Below are positions 61,457 to 64,000 of a DNA stretch of 64,000 nucleotides, one piece after another. The translations under genes and the position numbers were made by a program. Where the stretch lies: contig CAXXKA010000008.1 in the NCBI GenBank assembly GCA_963668625.2, forward strand, positions 1,248,001 through 1,312,000. The letters run 5' to 3'. Numbering within the stretch: position 1 is the first letter of the stretch; each line of letters starts with the position of its first letter. This stretch comes from an uncultured candidate division Zixibacteria bacterium. GTDB lineage: Bacteria > Zixibacteria > MSB-5A5 > UBA10806 > 4484-95. The notes beneath the pieces were generated by a model. The model was not told the origin of the DNA. It ran no database searches and saw only the letters and a program-made list of their open reading frames with translations.

Positions 61457-61564
61457 ATTTGAGCTTGACATTGATAAGCGGAACGATATTTTATGATATT
61501 CATTCAGGAGGGTGTCTGATAAGATTGCTAAAGGTTGAATTAGTCGAGTACATTATTTAAGAGG

Positions 61565-62830
61565 GTGAAAATTAATTCTACTGGAAAGGATAGTATCTTG
61601 TCAGGCAACTCAAACTTACTACACCGTTTTAGTAATTTATTTTTATTAACTGTCATAGGATTAGCCTTGATTCTGGGTTTCGCCTGTGGCGGTAATGACG
61701 AGGATAACGACGCGCCGGTAATTTCCGGCCTGATTGCTCCGGATTTTATACCGATTGGTTTTTCACGGTCTGTTTATTTCACATTAGATGTCGATGATAA
61801 CCAGGGTCTGGATGATATTCAGTTAGTGTATTTCACTATTTTGTATCCGGGTACAACATCCCCAACTGATACATTATATATGTATGATAACGGCGAGGAT
61901 GGTGATGTTACCAACGGTGACGGTACTTTCACGTATGAAGTAACATCAGAAAATACGCCTCAAACCGCCGGTGATTATACTTATAGTTTCATAGCGGTTG
62001 ATTCTAAAAACTCATATTCGGAATCAATTGGTAGGGTAATCACTATTGATGAAACCAGCAGCCCTTATATTTATGATTTGACAACCCCTGATTATATTCA
62101 AATCAGTTTCCCGGAGTATTATCTTTTTACCGTTAAGGTGGAGGATCAGGATGGTCTTGATGATGTAAATTCCGTATTTTTCTTAGTTGAGGATCCTCAA
62201 GGTTCAATCGATCCTGATACCTCGTTTATGTATGATGACGGCACCGAACATGATGTAACAGCTAATGACGGTATCTACTCATACGCTATGACCGAGCAAG
62301 GCGATTTCACCTTTGAGGGTGATTATATATTCCATTTCCACTCGATAGATAATTATTACAACGTATCGAATGAGTTGGTTGATACTATATTTATCGATGA
62401 TGGGCCGAATCCCATGGTGTACGATCTCGTAGCGCCTGATTCGCTTCCCCGGGGCTCCGATTCGACATCATTTTTATCGGTGCGAGTATGGGATCCGCAG
62501 GGATTGGCGGATGTTGATTCGGCTTCTTTCTGGGTTTACAGACCTGATGGCACCACTAATGGAAGTATGATCGGTTTGTTCGATGACGGACAACGTTATG
62601 GGAGTGGTGATTCTGTTGCAAACGATGGAATATACTCGAGAGGTATCCAAGCCCCGAATACAGAAAGCCAACTGGGTACATTCACGTTTTATTTTGCCGC
62701 CTTCGATTCGGAAGGTAATTCGTCTGATACTCTATCTAAACTAATCGAAGTTTATGATCCGGGTATTGTCACAAATGATGAAAGCGGGGAATATATCCGC
62801 CCTTATGAAGTACCAAACATGTGGAGATAA
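61565..62830 (+). CDS. Acidic lipoprotein with three ~120-aa repeats carrying a DDG...D..ANDG motif (choice-of-anchor X-like)
   Basis: Lipobox GFAC; repeats YMYDNGEDGDVTNGDGTFTY, FMYDDGTEHDVTANDGIYSY and LFDDG...GDSVANDGIYSR. Start uncertain. Confidence 0.75.
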   Translation: MKINSTGKDSILSGNSNLLHRFSNLFLLTVIGLALILGFACGGNDEDNDAPVISGLIAPDFIPIGFSRSVYFTLDVDDNQGLDDIQLVYFTILYPGTTSPTDTLYMYDNGEDGDVTNGDGTFTYEVTSENTPQTAGDYTYSFIAVDSKNSYSESIGRVITIDETSSPYIYDLTTPDYIQISFPEYYLFTVKVEDQDGLDDVNSVFFLVEDPQGSIDPDTSFMYDDGTEHDVTANDGIYSYAMTEQGDFTFEGDYIFHFHSIDNYYNVSNELVDTIFIDDGPNPMVYDLVAPDSLPRGSDSTSFLSVRVWDPQGLADVDSASFWVYRPDGTTNGSMIGLFDDGQRYGSGDSVANDGIYSRGIQAPNTESQLGTFTFYFAAFDSEGNSSDTLSKLIEVYDPGIVTNDESGEYIRPYEVPNMWR

Positions 62831-62856
62831 TTGCTTAAGAGATAAAAGAGGTGTTG

Positions 62857-64000
62857 ATGAAAAAAATTATTGTGCTTATACTCCTGATGGCCTCCTCGGC
62901 GTTCGCATATATGAATATCGCGCTGGATGACCCGATGGAGGGCTTACGTTCCAACTCGATTATCGAGATTGTTTATGATTCGTCCGGTATATGGCTGGGC
63001 ACCGCCGGTGGTGTTTCGTACCTTCCTGACGGCGATTCGGTCTGGCAGACCTTCACGGCGACAAACGGCCTTCATAGCACCGAGGTTTCGGCTATGGCGT
63101 TTTCGATTTACGCCGGCGATACCATTTTGTGCGTGGCGACCCTTCATACCGAATATCCCTCCGGTGAAAGTGTTCCTTTCGGCGACGGCTATTCGATAAC
63201 CTACGATAAGGGCAATAGCTGGGTGGACGATTCGCTCACATACCCATCCTACGCCAACTATTTTGGGATGCTATCCTACGATGTTGATATGTATCAGAAT
63301 GATATTTACAGCGCCAATTTTTACGGCGGCCTGGTCCGTTCCGGGGATGGCGGGCACTCGTATGATAACCTGTTTTTGAACGCCTCGGATAGTATCGACC
63401 TGGTGGACAGTACCTACGGCAGTTACGATAACCGTTATTTCTCGGTTAAAGTCGATCGTTCCCTGGCCAACGATACTATTAGTGTCTGGGGCGGGTCGGC
63501 TGCGGGTTTGAACCGGTTCGTATTTACCAATTACGATGGCGAGGACAAACAGGATTCAGCCTGGCAATTCGCTCATGATGAAGATGATATAGTTGGCAGC
63601 TTACCCGGTGATCATATCGTCGGTTTGGCTGTTCACGGCGCGCCGGGCAAAGCCTATGACGCGTTCGCCAACGGCAATTATATTTACGTGGCACATGGCG
63701 ATTCGGGATTGCGTGTTATTGATGTCAACGTACCCGATTCGGCATTCGAAGTCGGTTCGATAGATACACCCGGCAGAGCATGGGCGGTGTATGCCGATGG
63801 TAATTACGCTTATATAGCGGACTATTACGGTGGTCTGTTCGTGGCCGATATCTCTGATCCGACACACCCGACCGAAGCTAACAGCCGCAGTATTATAGCT
63901 AGCAGTCATCACATTAATATTGATGTCGACGGTAACTACGCGTATTTGGCCAATGACGCGTTCGGAATGTATGTATATGATATCTCCAGTCCGAGTGATA
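62857..64000 (+). CDS. Secreted beta-propeller protein with LVIVD-type repeats; 3' truncated and absent from the ORF track
   Basis: GAGG RBS and ATG 62857; MKKIIVLILLMASSAFA signal; IWLGTAGGVS; GNYIYVAHGDSGLRVIDV and GNYAYIADYYGGLFVADISDP; runs off the window end. Confidence 0.82.
   Translation, partial: MKKIIVLILLMASSAFAYMNIALDDPMEGLRSNSIIEIVYDSSGIWLGTAGGVSYLPDGDSVWQTFTATNGLHSTEVSAMAFSIYAGDTILCVATLHTEYPSGESVPFGDGYSITYDKGNSWVDDSLTYPSYANYFGMLSYDVDMYQNDIYSANFYGGLVRSGDGGHSYDNLFLNASDSIDLVDSTYGSYDNRYFSVKVDRSLANDTISVWGGSAAGLNRFVFTNYDGEDKQDSAWQFAHDEDDIVGSLPGDHIVGLAVHGAPGKAYDAFANGNYIYVAHGDSGLRVIDVNVPDSAFEVGSIDTPGRAWAVYADGNYAYIADYYGGLFVADISDPTHPTEANSRSIIASSHHINIDVDGNYAYLANDAFGMYVYDISSPSD

Noticed and set aside
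1-64000. CRISPR array, rRNA, intact tRNA or known riboswitch
   Set aside because: No regularly spaced repeats or recognisable conserved RNA signatures in the intergenic regions on manual reading; a covariance-model scan was not possible.

Overview
Mostly core chromosome (about 45-50% GC by eye) of a diderm bacterium, probably from the FCB group. Secreted proteins ending in YPNP(F)...FlgD-Ig-like tails suggest a Zixibacteria-like lineage, but that taxonomy is inference. In order, the window holds: a 5'-truncated PorZ-like beta-propeller gene heading a glycan-modification operon; a convergent gingipain-like C25 peptidase with a sigma54-type promoter; a 14-gene dcw cluster (mraZ to ftsZ, no murB or ddl); two tandem paralogous Cache-PAS hybrid histidine kinases; a NUDIX-ruvX-mltG-ogt operon; an aminotransferase-dapF-argS-aroA-Gate pair-yraN operon; a PpiD-like PPIase; M23 peptidase, rhomboid, dnaE and a TPR-SLT gene; an AT-rich islet with a Hanks-type kinase and an orphan; a thioredoxin-fold lipoprotein; a second M23 peptidase; a cluster of palindromes; a double-REC regulator; an SPFH/zinc-ribbon pair with a frameshifted Ppx/GppA gene; and two acidic secreted repeat proteins. 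The strongest hidden signal is at 54231-54791, where two apparent ORFs form one lipoprotein with an in-frame UGA in a U-P-W-C redox motif followed by a SECIS-like hairpin, i.e. a probable exported selenoprotein. Other signals are six sigma28-like promoters in front of non-flagellar genes, an AroA with Ser at the conserved Gly96-equivalent position, and small ORFs missed by the ORF track. I found no rRNA, intact tRNA, CRISPR array, integrase or transposase. All family assignments come from motif recognition; no searches were run.
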